Assembly (NCBI GenBank): GCA_964489135.1
Contig: CAZAXK010000001.1
Coordinates: 20,615 to 84,614, forward strand
DNA length: 64,000 bases
Reading direction: 5' to 3'
DNA from: an uncultured Candidatus Saccharibacteria bacterium
GTDB taxonomy: Bacteria; Patescibacteriota; Minisyncoccia; Phycocordibacterales; WO2-35-19
In this document: positions 26,702-35,529 of the stretch, piece by piece
Numbering within the stretch: position 1 is the first letter of the stretch
How the letters are laid out: every line of letters begins with the position of its first letter
Program-made: the position numbers and the translations under genes
Notes under the pieces: model-generated
Databases searched by the model: none
What the model saw: the letters and a program-made list of their open reading frames with translations, nothing else
Told to the model about the DNA's origin: nothing

Positions 26702-28357
26702 ATGACACAGAAGGAAGCTCTGCAAATATTGAAGACTGGACGCAACGTCTTTCTTACCGGCGCGGCCGGTAGCGGCAAAACCCACACCTTGCGGGAATAT
26801 ATTGGCTATCTGCGCGACCTCGGCGCAAGCTTCGGCCTATCGGCCTCAACCGGTATTGCTGCTACCCACATGGGTGGCATCACGGTCCATTCTTGGAGCG
26901 GAATCGGTATCAACGATTATTTGAGCAAAAAGGAGGTCGAGGAGATTGCCGAAAAGAGCCACATTCGTCGCAATATCGCCGATACCGACGTTTTGATCAT
27001 CGACGAGATATCGATGTTGCACCACTATCAACTAGACATGATCGACGCAGTGGTCAGGAAAGTCAAAGGAGTGGATGCGCCTTTCGGCGGAATGCAAGTG
27101 GTTTTCTCCGGCGACTTTTTCCAACTGCCACCGGTAGGCAAGAGGGATACACCAACCCTCTTTGGCTATCATTCAAAGGTTTGGCAAGAAATGGATATCA
27201 AGATCTGCTACCTCGACGAACAGCACCGACAGAACGATTCTGACTACCTAAAAATATTGAACTCCATCCGCAACAACTCAGTCACTCCCGAGGTTATCGA
27301 GACGCTCCAAAGTCGCTTCAACCAAAGTATCGACGGATTTGGCGAGCCGACCAAACTCTACTCTCACAACAAAGATGTCGATTACGAAAACGAACTTGAG
27401 CTCAGAGGTATTTCCGGCAAAACTTTCGAATATACAATGGAGTTGCGAGGCCCGAGGAAACTCGTGGAGATATTGAAGAAGAGCTGTCTTGCACCCGAGG
27501 CGCTCCGAATCAAGAAAGGGGCAAAGGTCATGTTCGTCAAAAACAAGTTTGAAGCCGGTTTTGTAAATGGCACACTCGGCATAGTTGAGGATTGCGACCG
27601 AGAGCATATCAAAGTCCTAACGGTCGACGGTCGACACATCGACGTAGAACCCGAGAGTTGGAATATCGAGGAAGACGGCAAAGTCAGAGCAAGTGTCAGC
27701 CAATATCCGCTCCGACTAGCGTGGGCAATAACGATCCACAAAAGCCAAGGCATGTCGCTTGATTGCGCCCAAATCGACCTTGCCCACCCCTTCGAAAAGG
27801 GCATGGGCTACGTCGCACTCTCGCGGTTGCGCTCACTAGGTGGACTTTCACTCCTAGGACTCAATCAAAAAGCACTTGAGGTTAGTGGAGAGGTGCTTGA
27901 ATGGGACAGACATTTTAGAAAATTGTCGGATGAGAACAGTCGCAAGATATCGCGACTGGAAGATCGACTACGTACCATGCAAGATGATTGGGAAAAGAAG
28001 GTTGGCTTGAATGCCAACAAAAAAACCAAGAAAGTCAGAGTAGACACAGCCCTAGAAACTCTTGCGCTTCTGCAAGCGGGCTTTGATATAAGCGAAATCG
28101 CTACTATGCGCAACAAAAAGCCAGAGACCATCCTCTCCCACATCGAAAAACTGAAAGAAAAGGGGATGGTCAAAAACAAAGATTTGGCCCAACTCAAAGA
28201 CAAGATCTCACTTGCCAAATTTCGAGCTATTTCGAGCGCCTTTCATAAAGTGGGCATAGAGCAAGGCGAGCGTAATTATCGCCTTTCCAAAGCCAAAGAC
28301 CTCCTCGGCAACACCTACTCTTTCGACGACCTACGCTTGGTCCGTTTGTTTTTATAG
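26702..28357 (+). CDS. PIF1/RecD-like ATP-dependent DNA helicase with C-terminal HTH_40-like domain
   Basis: Walker A GAAGSGKTH, DEISM Walker B, QLPPV motif, and a C-terminal helix-turn-helix region (ETLALLQAGFDISEIATMRNKKPETILSHIEKL) typical of bacterial Pif1 homologs. Confidence 0.8.
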   Translation: MTQKEALQILKTGRNVFLTGAAGSGKTHTLREYIGYLRDLGASFGLSASTGIAATHMGGITVHSWSGIGINDYLSKKEVEEIAEKSHIRRNIADTDVLIIDEISMLHHYQLDMIDAVVRKVKGVDAPFGGMQVVFSGDFFQLPPVGKRDTPTLFGYHSKVWQEMDIKICYLDEQHRQNDSDYLKILNSIRNNSVTPEVIETLQSRFNQSIDGFGEPTKLYSHNKDVDYENELELRGISGKTFEYTMELRGPRKLVEILKKSCLAPEALRIKKGAKVMFVKNKFEAGFVNGTLGIVEDCDREHIKVLTVDGRHIDVEPESWNIEEDGKVRASVSQYPLRLAWAITIHKSQGMSLDCAQIDLAHPFEKGMGYVALSRLRSLGGLSLLGLNQKALEVSGEVLEWDRHFRKLSDENSRKISRLEDRLRTMQDDWEKKVGLNANKKTKKVRVDTALETLALLQAGFDISEIATMRNKKPETILSHIEKLKEKGMVKNKDLAQLKDKISLAKFRAISSAFHKVGIEQGERNYRLSKAKDLLGNTYSFDDLRLVRLFL

Positions 28358-28381
28358 CTCGCTTTTTGTATCATTGGCTAT

Positions 28382-29329
28382 ATGAAAACCATATTCTCCG
28401 GAATCAAGCCGACTGGACGCCCACACTTGGGCAACTATTTTGGCATGATGCGAGAGCATTTATCGCTGCAAAATGAAGGTTTGGTATACGCATCAATCGT
28501 CGACTATCATGCTCTCAACTTTATTCAAAACGCCGAGGAGATGCACACGCTTACCCGCGAGCTCATCGTCGACTACCTCGCACTCGGCTTCGACACCGAA
28601 AAACATATCCTCTTCAAACAGTCCGACGTCCCAGAGCACACCGAGCTTGCTTGGATATTTGATACCATCACCACCGTCCCTTACCTCAAACGCGCTCACG
28701 CTTACAAAGACGCAGTCGCCAAAGGTGGCGAGGAAGATGTAAGTGTAGGCACATTCAATTACCCAATGCTCATGGCGGCGGATATATTGCTTTATGACAC
28801 AGACATAGTGCCAGTAGGGCAGGACCAGAAGCAGCATGTTGAATTTGCCCGCGATACGGCCGAGAAATTTAACAGAATATATGGTGAGACATTCAAACTT
28901 CCTGATGTGAAAATAATCGAAGGAGTAGAAGTAGTCCCTGGTACTGACGGGCGCAAGATGAGCAAGAGCTACGGCAACACCATCCCACTATTTGCTACCG
29001 ATGAGGAGATTGTCGAAAAAGTGATGAGTATAGTCACAGACTCGAGCGGCGACCGACCGGAGAATGTGTACGCCATCCACAAACTATTTAAATTGGAATC
29101 TGAGCTCGCTTCAGTGTACGAAGAAAACAAAGGCAAGTATAAAAATCTAAAAGAAATATTGATCGAAGATATCAAGAACTTCATCGCTCCGCTTAGAGAG
29201 AAGAGGGGGGGAATAGCCAAGGACGACGCTTTGATAGCTAGAGTAATAGAATCAGGCAAAGAAAAAGCCCGCGCCAAGGCGAGCGAAAAGATGCAGGAGG
29301 TAAAGAGAGCTATCGGTGTTTTGAGTTAG
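28382..29329 (+). CDS. trpS: tryptophanyl-tRNA synthetase
   Basis: Class I motifs: HIGH-like GIKPTGRPHLGNYFG and KMSKS. Confidence 0.9.
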   Translation: MKTIFSGIKPTGRPHLGNYFGMMREHLSLQNEGLVYASIVDYHALNFIQNAEEMHTLTRELIVDYLALGFDTEKHILFKQSDVPEHTELAWIFDTITTVPYLKRAHAYKDAVAKGGEEDVSVGTFNYPMLMAADILLYDTDIVPVGQDQKQHVEFARDTAEKFNRIYGETFKLPDVKIIEGVEVVPGTDGRKMSKSYGNTIPLFATDEEIVEKVMSIVTDSSGDRPENVYAIHKLFKLESELASVYEENKGKYKNLKEILIEDIKNFIAPLREKRGGIAKDDALIARVIESGKEKARAKASEKMQEVKRAIGVLS

Positions 29330-29439
29330 CTCTCTTTACCGTTATCGCCCCCACCGCAAAATATCCAGTAAAGGACGATGAAAGAGGCGCACGCGACCCC
29401 AAGCAGGATCGCCAGTTCCCATACACTCAATTGGAACAT
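29326..29439 (-). CDS. possible 37-aa small hydrophobic protein
   Basis: ATG (29439) to TAA (29326-29328) on the minus strand: MFQLSVWELAILLGVACASFIVLYWIFCGGGDNGKES, one TM helix. Overlaps the trpS stop codon. Speculative. Confidence 0.2.
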   Translation of the reverse strand: MFQLSVWELAILLGVACASFIVLYWIFCGGGDNGKES

Positions 29440-29448
29440 AATACCTAT

Positions 29449-29483
29449 TTGACACCATAAATCATAGTCAATATAATGTCAAG
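29449..29483 (+). promoter_or_regulatory. consensus sigma-70 promoter giving a leaderless transcript of the ABC exporter gene (TTGACA-N17-TATAAT-N6-ATG)
   Basis: TTGACA 29449-29454, 17-nt spacer, TATAAT 29472-29477, ATG at 29484. Confidence 0.55.
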
Positions 29484-31265
29484 ATGCACGAACAAAAATT
29501 TTCCAAAGTAGGCATCAGCGATGTCCTCAAATATCTTTGGCAAGCCACCATTCCTCAAAAGTGGGGATTTTTCTTTACCGTGTTCGGCTTTGCTGTCTCG
29601 AGCATAATCTCGGTTATAGTTCCGCTAATCTACAAAAAATTCTTTGATTTACTAGCATTAAACACAAGCAAGGATCTCCTGACTCCTCAATTGATGGAGA
29701 TTATTTTTGTCGTCTTCGCCCTTCACTCAGTCGTCTGGATCCTGTTCAGAACCGCAATGACGACCCTCAACCAAGTAGAAGCCAGAACAATGGCCCGTAT
29801 TAGGCAGATGTCTTTCGACTACATGATCAGACATTCATATTCCTTTTTCAGCAACAACTTTACCGGTTCTTTGGTCCAAAGAGTGGGCAGATTTAGCCGA
29901 TCCTTTGAGCGCCTCTATGACATGCTGGTTTTCAACGTCATCCCGCTCGCTATAAACATTATTGGTGTAATCATCGTAGTGTACTTCCAAGAACCCGTTA
30001 TCGCCTATATTATCCTCGGCTGGATATTGATCATCTTCGCCTTCAACTTTTTCTTCCAGCGCTGGAAACTCAAATACGACCTCTTGGCCACCAAGGCAGA
30101 CACAGCGACAAGTGCTGCGCTTTCTGATGCTATCTCAAACCAGAACACTATCATGTCTTTCGCCGGCTTCGAAAAGGAATCGGCCAATTTCAAAAAGGTT
30201 ACTCTCGACCAATCCGAAAAACAAAGTCGATCTTGGGATCTCTCGGTGATAAAAGATGCGGTCCAGCAGGGGCTCATGGTTGTGGTCGAGTTTGCCATCT
30301 TCTACTACGCCATAAAATTTTGGGAGAGGAATCTCATAAGTATTGGAACGTTTGTCCTCATACAGGCCTACATAATTGGACTCGCCAACCGACTTTGGGA
30401 CTTTGGCAGAATTATCAGAAACATCTACGAGAGCTTTGCTGATTCGAAGGAGATGGTAGAAATACTGGAAACCCCATACGAAATCAAAGACATCCCGAAC
30501 GCGCGCAAGCTTGAGACAAAAGTCGGTCATATCAGCTTCAAGAATGTTTCGTTTGCCTTCAACGAGACCCGCAACGTGATCGAAAATATCAATATCGAAA
30601 TAAAAGGCGGGGAGAAGGTGGCCCTAATCGGCCCATCGGGAGCCGGCAAATCAACCTTCGTGCGGCTGCTCTTGCGAATGTATGATGTCGCCTCAGGCCA
30701 AATCGAGATCGATGGTCAAAATATAAAAGAGGTCACTCAAGAGAGTTTGCGACGTGAGATCAGTCTGGTCCCGCAAGACCCGATCCTCTTCCACCGGACA
30801 CTTATGGAAAACATCCGCTATGGCAGGGAAGAGGCGAGTGATGAAGAAGTGATCGAGGCCTCACGACTCGCACACTGTGATGAGTTTATCGATGTTTTGC
30901 CCGAGAAATACAACACCTTTGTCGGCGAGCGCGGTATCAAACTTTCTGGTGGCGAAAGACAGAGGGTTGCGATTGCGAGAGCAATTTTGAAGAATGCCCC
31001 AATACTGATCTTGGATGAAGCCACCTCAAGTCTTGATTCTCACTCAGAACACCTCATTCAAGATGCGCTCGACAAATTGATGCAAGACAAGACAGTGATC
31101 GTCATTGCCCATCGACTCTCGACCATCAGAAAAATGGACCGAGTAATCGCCATAGACAACGGACAAGTGATCGAAGAGGGAAGCCACGAAGAGTTGCTCG
31201 CCCGCGAGCACAGTCTGTACAAAAATCTTTGGAACCTCCAAGCCGGCGGCTTCTTGCCGGAATAG
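29484..31265 (+). CDS. ABC transporter, fused permease/ATP-binding exporter (MsbA/type I exporter-like)
   Basis: N-terminal 6-TM domain, then an NBD with Walker A GPSGAGKST, signature LSGGERQRVAIARA, Walker B ILILDEATS and H-loop. Confidence 0.85.
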   Translation: MHEQKFSKVGISDVLKYLWQATIPQKWGFFFTVFGFAVSSIISVIVPLIYKKFFDLLALNTSKDLLTPQLMEIIFVVFALHSVVWILFRTAMTTLNQVEARTMARIRQMSFDYMIRHSYSFFSNNFTGSLVQRVGRFSRSFERLYDMLVFNVIPLAINIIGVIIVVYFQEPVIAYIILGWILIIFAFNFFFQRWKLKYDLLATKADTATSAALSDAISNQNTIMSFAGFEKESANFKKVTLDQSEKQSRSWDLSVIKDAVQQGLMVVVEFAIFYYAIKFWERNLISIGTFVLIQAYIIGLANRLWDFGRIIRNIYESFADSKEMVEILETPYEIKDIPNARKLETKVGHISFKNVSFAFNETRNVIENINIEIKGGEKVALIGPSGAGKSTFVRLLLRMYDVASGQIEIDGQNIKEVTQESLRREISLVPQDPILFHRTLMENIRYGREEASDEEVIEASRLAHCDEFIDVLPEKYNTFVGERGIKLSGGERQRVAIARAILKNAPILILDEATSSLDSHSEHLIQDALDKLMQDKTVIVIAHRLSTIRKMDRVIAIDNGQVIEEGSHEELLAREHSLYKNLWNLQAGGFLPE

Positions 31266-31293
31266 GCGAAAACAAAAAAACGATTATACAAAA

Positions 31294-31311
31294 ACCCGCG
31301 GCCGCGGGAAA
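31294..31311. terminator. perfect GC palindrome CCCGCGGCCGCGGG downstream of the ABC gene
   Basis: 14-bp perfect palindrome flanked by A-rich and T-rich runs (AAAAACCCGCGGCCGCGGGAAAG). Confidence 0.4.
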
Positions 31312-31624
31312 GTGTATAACTAATAAAAAATTGGATATCATGCGTGTTGCAAAAAGTGGGGATAGTTGTATATTTAGGAGAACCGTTGAACCGGCCAACA
31401 CCGGTGAGGTGAGGAAAGAAATCCCAAAAGGAAAGTAGAATCTTCCGGCTCCGAGCAATGCGAGGAGGGCTCCGACAAGCCAAAAGAGAACAAACCAGGG
31501 TGGTACCGCGCCTAGGCCAACAAAACTCAGTGAGTAAAGTTGACACGAAATCGCCCCTGCGAATTTATAAATTATAAATTCGGAGGGGCTATTTTGTTTA
31601 TAAGAAAATCCCTCCGCCAAAAAA

Positions 31625-33055
31625 ATGCAAAGAACATACATTAAGGATTTGGGTCAAAAAGTGGGCGAGGAGGTTTTGATTCAAGGTTGGGTAGACGTAG
31701 TGCGCGACCAAGGTAAGATGGTCTTCTTCGATTTTCGTGATATGACCGGCAAAGTGCAGGGGGTGGTTTTACCAAACCAAAAGGAGCTCGTAGAAAAAGC
31801 CAAGGAAGTTCGTAACGAGTGGGTTCTCACAGTAAAGGGCAAGATCAACAAGCGGCCAGAAAAGATGGTCAATGACAAGGTAGCAAACGGTGATATCGAG
31901 ATGGAAGTGTTGGGTCTAGAAGTGCTAAACAAAGCTGACACACTCCCGTTCGAAATCACTTCCGATACCTCCGTAATCGACGAGAACACGCGTCTCAAAT
32001 ACCGCTATCTCGATTTGCGCAGCGAAAGAATGCAAAGAAATATCCGACTACGAAGCGAATTTGTGAAGCGAGTACGCGAACATTTGTTTAAGAAGTTTTT
32101 TACCGAGATCGAAACCCCGCTTTTGACCGAATCAACACCCGAAGGCTCGAGAGACTTCGTCGTACCAAGCCGACTCAACCCTGGGAAGTTTTATGCTCTT
32201 CCACAGTCACCCCAGCAGTACAAACAGCTACTCATGGTTGGGGGCATGGAAAGATACTTCCAGATCGCAAGAGCCGTGCGCGACGAAGACCTTCGGGCGG
32301 ACAGAGGATTTGAGCACACTCAAGTAGACCTCGAAATGTCTTTTGTTCAGATGGAAGATGTGATGAATACAGTAGAAGCCATGGTAACCGAGGTTGTAGA
32401 GTCGTTGGGCTACACGATCAAAGAAAAGCCCTTCCCACGTATTTCGTACAAAGACGCGATGGCCAAATATGGTGCTGACAAGTTTGATATGCGCACACCA
32501 GAAGAAAAGGAGAAGGGGATACTCGCCTATGCTTGGGTGGTCAACTTCCCATTCTTCGAAAAAACTGACCCAAATGGTGGGACGGGAATGGAGAAGGGCA
32601 ACTGGACCTTTACCCACAATCCGTTTTCTATGCCGATCCCTGAACACGTAGAATGGCTCATGGAAGGCAAGAACATCGAAGATATCCTCACCACTCAATA
32701 CGACCTTGTCTGCAACGGCTACGAATCCGGAGGTGGATCGATCCGCGCCCATAAGCCAGAAATACTCAAAGCAACATACAAAGTGATGGGCTACAGCGAT
32801 GAAGAGATCGAATCAAGTGTCGGACACATGCTCGAGGCCTTCAAATATGGCACACCTCCACATGGTGGTATCGCTCTCGGAGTCGAGCGCAATATCATGA
32901 ACCTAACAGGAGAAACATTCTTGCGAGAAGTGCAGTCCTTCCCAATGACTCGTGGAGGCCAGACAGCGGTAATGAAAGCTCCGAAAGAGCTTTCAGAAAG
33001 ACAATTACGCGAATTGGGTATTAAAGTGGAGAAGAAGGACGAGAAGAAAAATTAG
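31625..33055 (+). CDS. aspS: aspartyl-tRNA synthetase, short form without GAD insertion domain
   Basis: N-terminal OB-fold anticodon-binding domain. Class II motifs (FYALPQSPQQYKQLLM; RDEDLRADRGFEHTQVDLEMSF; GGGSIR). 476 aa. Confidence 0.9.
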   Translation: MQRTYIKDLGQKVGEEVLIQGWVDVVRDQGKMVFFDFRDMTGKVQGVVLPNQKELVEKAKEVRNEWVLTVKGKINKRPEKMVNDKVANGDIEMEVLGLEVLNKADTLPFEITSDTSVIDENTRLKYRYLDLRSERMQRNIRLRSEFVKRVREHLFKKFFTEIETPLLTESTPEGSRDFVVPSRLNPGKFYALPQSPQQYKQLLMVGGMERYFQIARAVRDEDLRADRGFEHTQVDLEMSFVQMEDVMNTVEAMVTEVVESLGYTIKEKPFPRISYKDAMAKYGADKFDMRTPEEKEKGILAYAWVVNFPFFEKTDPNGGTGMEKGNWTFTHNPFSMPIPEHVEWLMEGKNIEDILTTQYDLVCNGYESGGGSIRAHKPEILKATYKVMGYSDEEIESSVGHMLEAFKYGTPPHGGIALGVERNIMNLTGETFLREVQSFPMTRGGQTAVMKAPKELSERQLRELGIKVEKKDEKKN

Positions 33056-33057
33056 TA

Positions 33058-33270
33058 AAGTAAAGGGCCCTGGTGGGAGTGTCGACGGGGATCATGTCCG
33101 ACGCTTACCAGGGCCCAAGGAGGTCTCCTGCGTACGGGTGCGGCCGGAGGAACCGCGGACCCCGTGCTGGGGAAAGGAGACCATCAGATTGATTGGATCT
33201 GACATAAGGATTGCACAACAAAAAACCCCTGTCAAACGGAAAAAAGGGGAGGCGGTGTGGTAAAATAAGG
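33058..33270. ncRNA. candidate structured ncRNA: GC-rich multi-hairpin intergenic block between aspS and scpA (class undetermined)
   Basis: Perfect 10-bp stem GGGCCCTGGT...ACCAGGGCCC (33073-33124). Perfect 8-bp stem GGTCTCCT...AGGAGACC enclosing GCGGCCGGAGGAACCGCGG. Further hairpins CAGAT/ATCTG and CCCCT/AGGGG. GC far above local background. No ORF. Confidence 0.25.
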
Positions 33271-33274
33271 AACA

Positions 33275-34012
33275 ATGGAAACTGATTTCAAAGTCAAAGT
33301 GGGCGAATTTGAGGGCCCACTCGATCTTTTGCTCGACCTCATAGAAAGGCGCAAACTGCATATTAGCAACGTGTCGCTCTCGCAGGTAGCCGACGAATTT
33401 CTCGAGCACATCAAAAGACACGAGGAGTTCCCCCTAGGCGACAGTGCAGAGTTTATCTTGATCGCCTCGACTCTGCTTCTTTTAAAATCCAAGTCACTTT
33501 TGCCCAATCTCGAGCTTACACCCGAAGAAGAGGGGAGTATCGAAGATCTAGAAGAGCGCCTGCGCGAATACCAGAAATACAAAACCTTGGCGGTCGCTAT
33601 CCGCCGGATGTTTGGTAGCTTTCTTTTCTTCCCTCAAGAAAGCAAGACTCGCACAGTCGTCTTTGCTCCAACGGAAGAAATCGAAGTAGCGAGTCTACAT
33701 GCGCATCTACTCAGAGCTTTGCAGAACTTGCCCAAGCCGGCCGTTTTGCCCAAGGTTAGAGTAGAAAAAATAATCAGTCTAGAAGAGATGATCGATAGCT
33801 TATCAGATCGAATTCAAAAAAGTTTTAAGATGAGCTTCAGAGATTTTGCTGGCAAAGGTGTGGGCGACAGAGAAGGTAAAATCAACTTGATTGTCGGCTT
33901 CCTTGCCATGCTCGAGCTCGTCAAACGCGGGGTGGTGCGGGTCAATCAAGAAGCTCATTTCGGCGACATCGAGATGGAGAGTGAAAATATAGCCACTCCA
34001 ACGTATAATTAA
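33275..34012 (+). CDS. scpA: segregation and condensation protein A
   Basis: FEGPLDLLLDLIERRKLHISNVSLSQVADEFL is the canonical ScpA N-terminus. Confidence 0.85.
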   Translation: METDFKVKVGEFEGPLDLLLDLIERRKLHISNVSLSQVADEFLEHIKRHEEFPLGDSAEFILIASTLLLLKSKSLLPNLELTPEEEGSIEDLEERLREYQKYKTLAVAIRRMFGSFLFFPQESKTRTVVFAPTEEIEVASLHAHLLRALQNLPKPAVLPKVRVEKIISLEEMIDSLSDRIQKSFKMSFRDFAGKGVGDREGKINLIVGFLAMLELVKRGVVRVNQEAHFGDIEMESENIATPTYN

Positions 34013-34017
34013 CACCA

Positions 34018-34566
34018 ATGGAACAAAAGCTAGAGGCCATCCTTTTTTATAAGAACGAACCAGTAGAGGTGAGCCGGCTCGCGCACCTTTTGCAACAGAG
34101 CGAGTCGGAAGTAATAGAAGGCCTAAAGCGACTCCAAACTTCGCTTAAAGAGCGGGGGATTTGCCTCATTCTTACCGATACAGAAGCAAGTCTTGCGACT
34201 GCTCCCCAAATGACCGAACTCATCGAGCAAATAGCCAAGGAAGAAATGAGTCGGGAAATAGGCAAAGCCGGACTCGAAACCCTCGCCATAATCCTTTATA
34301 ATAGCCAAGGAATAAGCCGAAGGAAGATTGATTTCATTAGGGGAGTCAATTCTTCCTTTATAATACGCAACCTTTTGACACGCGGACTTATCGAAAGGTC
34401 CGAATCCAGGGATGATCAGAGGGGATTTATTTATAAGCCCACTTCTTTGTTATTGGCCCATCTCGGGATAAAGGCGCTTGCCGAACTTCCGGAATTCGAG
34501 GTATTGGAGCAAGAGCTTCATGAGGCAGTCGATCGCATGGAAAGTGAAGAAAAAGAGACAAATTAA
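34018..34566 (+). CDS. scpB: segregation and condensation protein B
   Basis: LEAILFYKNEPVEVSRLAHLL and a second winged helix (EQIAKEEMSREIGKAGLETLAIILYNSQGISRRKIDFIRG). Confidence 0.85.
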   Translation: MEQKLEAILFYKNEPVEVSRLAHLLQQSESEVIEGLKRLQTSLKERGICLILTDTEASLATAPQMTELIEQIAKEEMSREIGKAGLETLAIILYNSQGISRRKIDFIRGVNSSFIIRNLLTRGLIERSESRDDQRGFIYKPTSLLLAHLGIKALAELPEFEVLEQELHEAVDRMESEEKETN

Positions 34567-34568
34567 TT

Positions 34569-35513
34569 ATGGAGGAGAACAATAATCAACTGTCGGTTAT
34601 AAATAATGACATCAAAAAGCGCACCCGCTACTTTGTCCGCGCCCTATTTTTCTTTTCCATATTTTCGATAGTGATTTTTGGTATTTTGGTCAATGGTGAA
34701 CCAAGCAAAGCCACAACCGAAAAGCCCGCTCACAAACAGAGTTATTTCGATAATATCCCACTTGAGGCCCGCGCTGTGTTGGTCTGGGATGTGGTAAACC
34801 GACAGGAAATCTTTTCCAAGAATCCCGATTTGGCCTTACCACTCGCGTCGCTCACCAAAGTGATGACCGCGATAACCGCAAACCAAGTTTTGACCGCAGA
34901 CGATTCCGTAACAATTCGCCCGGAAGATCTGCTGCCCGACGGTGACTCCAAGTTGGTTGTCGGTGATAAGTGGCAAGCCCACAACCTTATCGACTTTGTC
35001 CTTATTACTTCATCCAACGACGGCGCGCACGCACTGGCTCGCGCCTCCGAAGAAAAGATGCGAGGTACGATGACTGATTTCATCACAAAGATGAACGACA
35101 CAGCAAACTTCGTTGGAGCCGAAAATAGTCACTTTTGGAATGAGCACGGGCTAGACCAAGGTGTCGATCGCGGCGGGGCTTACGGTTCGGCTCGAGATTT
35201 GGCTCTCATTTTTGAATACGCTTTAAAGCAATTTCCAGCTTTGCTTGAGGCAACCCGCTACAGCAATCTTTCTATCAGAAGTAGCGCGAGCGTGTATAAC
35301 GCCATGAACACCAATTCGAAGGTTGATCAAATACCAGGAATTTTAGCCTCCAAGACTGGGTACACTGATTTAGCCGGCGGGAATTTAGTGATCGCCTTTG
35401 ACGCCGGACTAAACCACCCCATAATCGTAGCTGTGCTTGGATCTTCCCAAGAAGGGCGATTTGAAGACACACTGAAGCTCGTAGAGGCCACAATGAAATT
35501 TATTAAGAATTAA
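34569..35513 (+). CDS. D-alanyl-D-alanine carboxypeptidase (S11 family, low-MW PBP)
   Basis: SxxK (ASLTK), SxN (SSND) and KTG (KTGYT) active-site triad motifs; N-terminal TM anchor. Confidence 0.85.
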   Translation: MEENNNQLSVINNDIKKRTRYFVRALFFFSIFSIVIFGILVNGEPSKATTEKPAHKQSYFDNIPLEARAVLVWDVVNRQEIFSKNPDLALPLASLTKVMTAITANQVLTADDSVTIRPEDLLPDGDSKLVVGDKWQAHNLIDFVLITSSNDGAHALARASEEKMRGTMTDFITKMNDTANFVGAENSHFWNEHGLDQGVDRGGAYGSARDLALIFEYALKQFPALLEATRYSNLSIRSSASVYNAMNTNSKVDQIPGILASKTGYTDLAGGNLVIAFDAGLNHPIIVAVLGSSQEGRFEDTLKLVEATMKFIKN

Positions 35514-35529
35514 GTACTATCAGAATTCT

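Noticed and set aside
31058-31641. 162- and 171-aa minus-strand ORFs spanning the ABC gene 3' end and the aspS upstream spacer
   Set aside because: They overlap a well-supported ABC transporter gene and a spacer with palindromes. Low-complexity translation and no start context.
33058-33270. tmRNA assignment for the aspS-scpA GC-rich block (GTGTCGACGGGGAT resembles the tmRNA 5' GGAUUCGACGGG)
   Set aside because: No tRNA-like 3' domain (no GGGTTCGAATCCC T-arm or CCA-proximal acceptor) and no tag-peptide reading frame. The block is also only ~200 nt.
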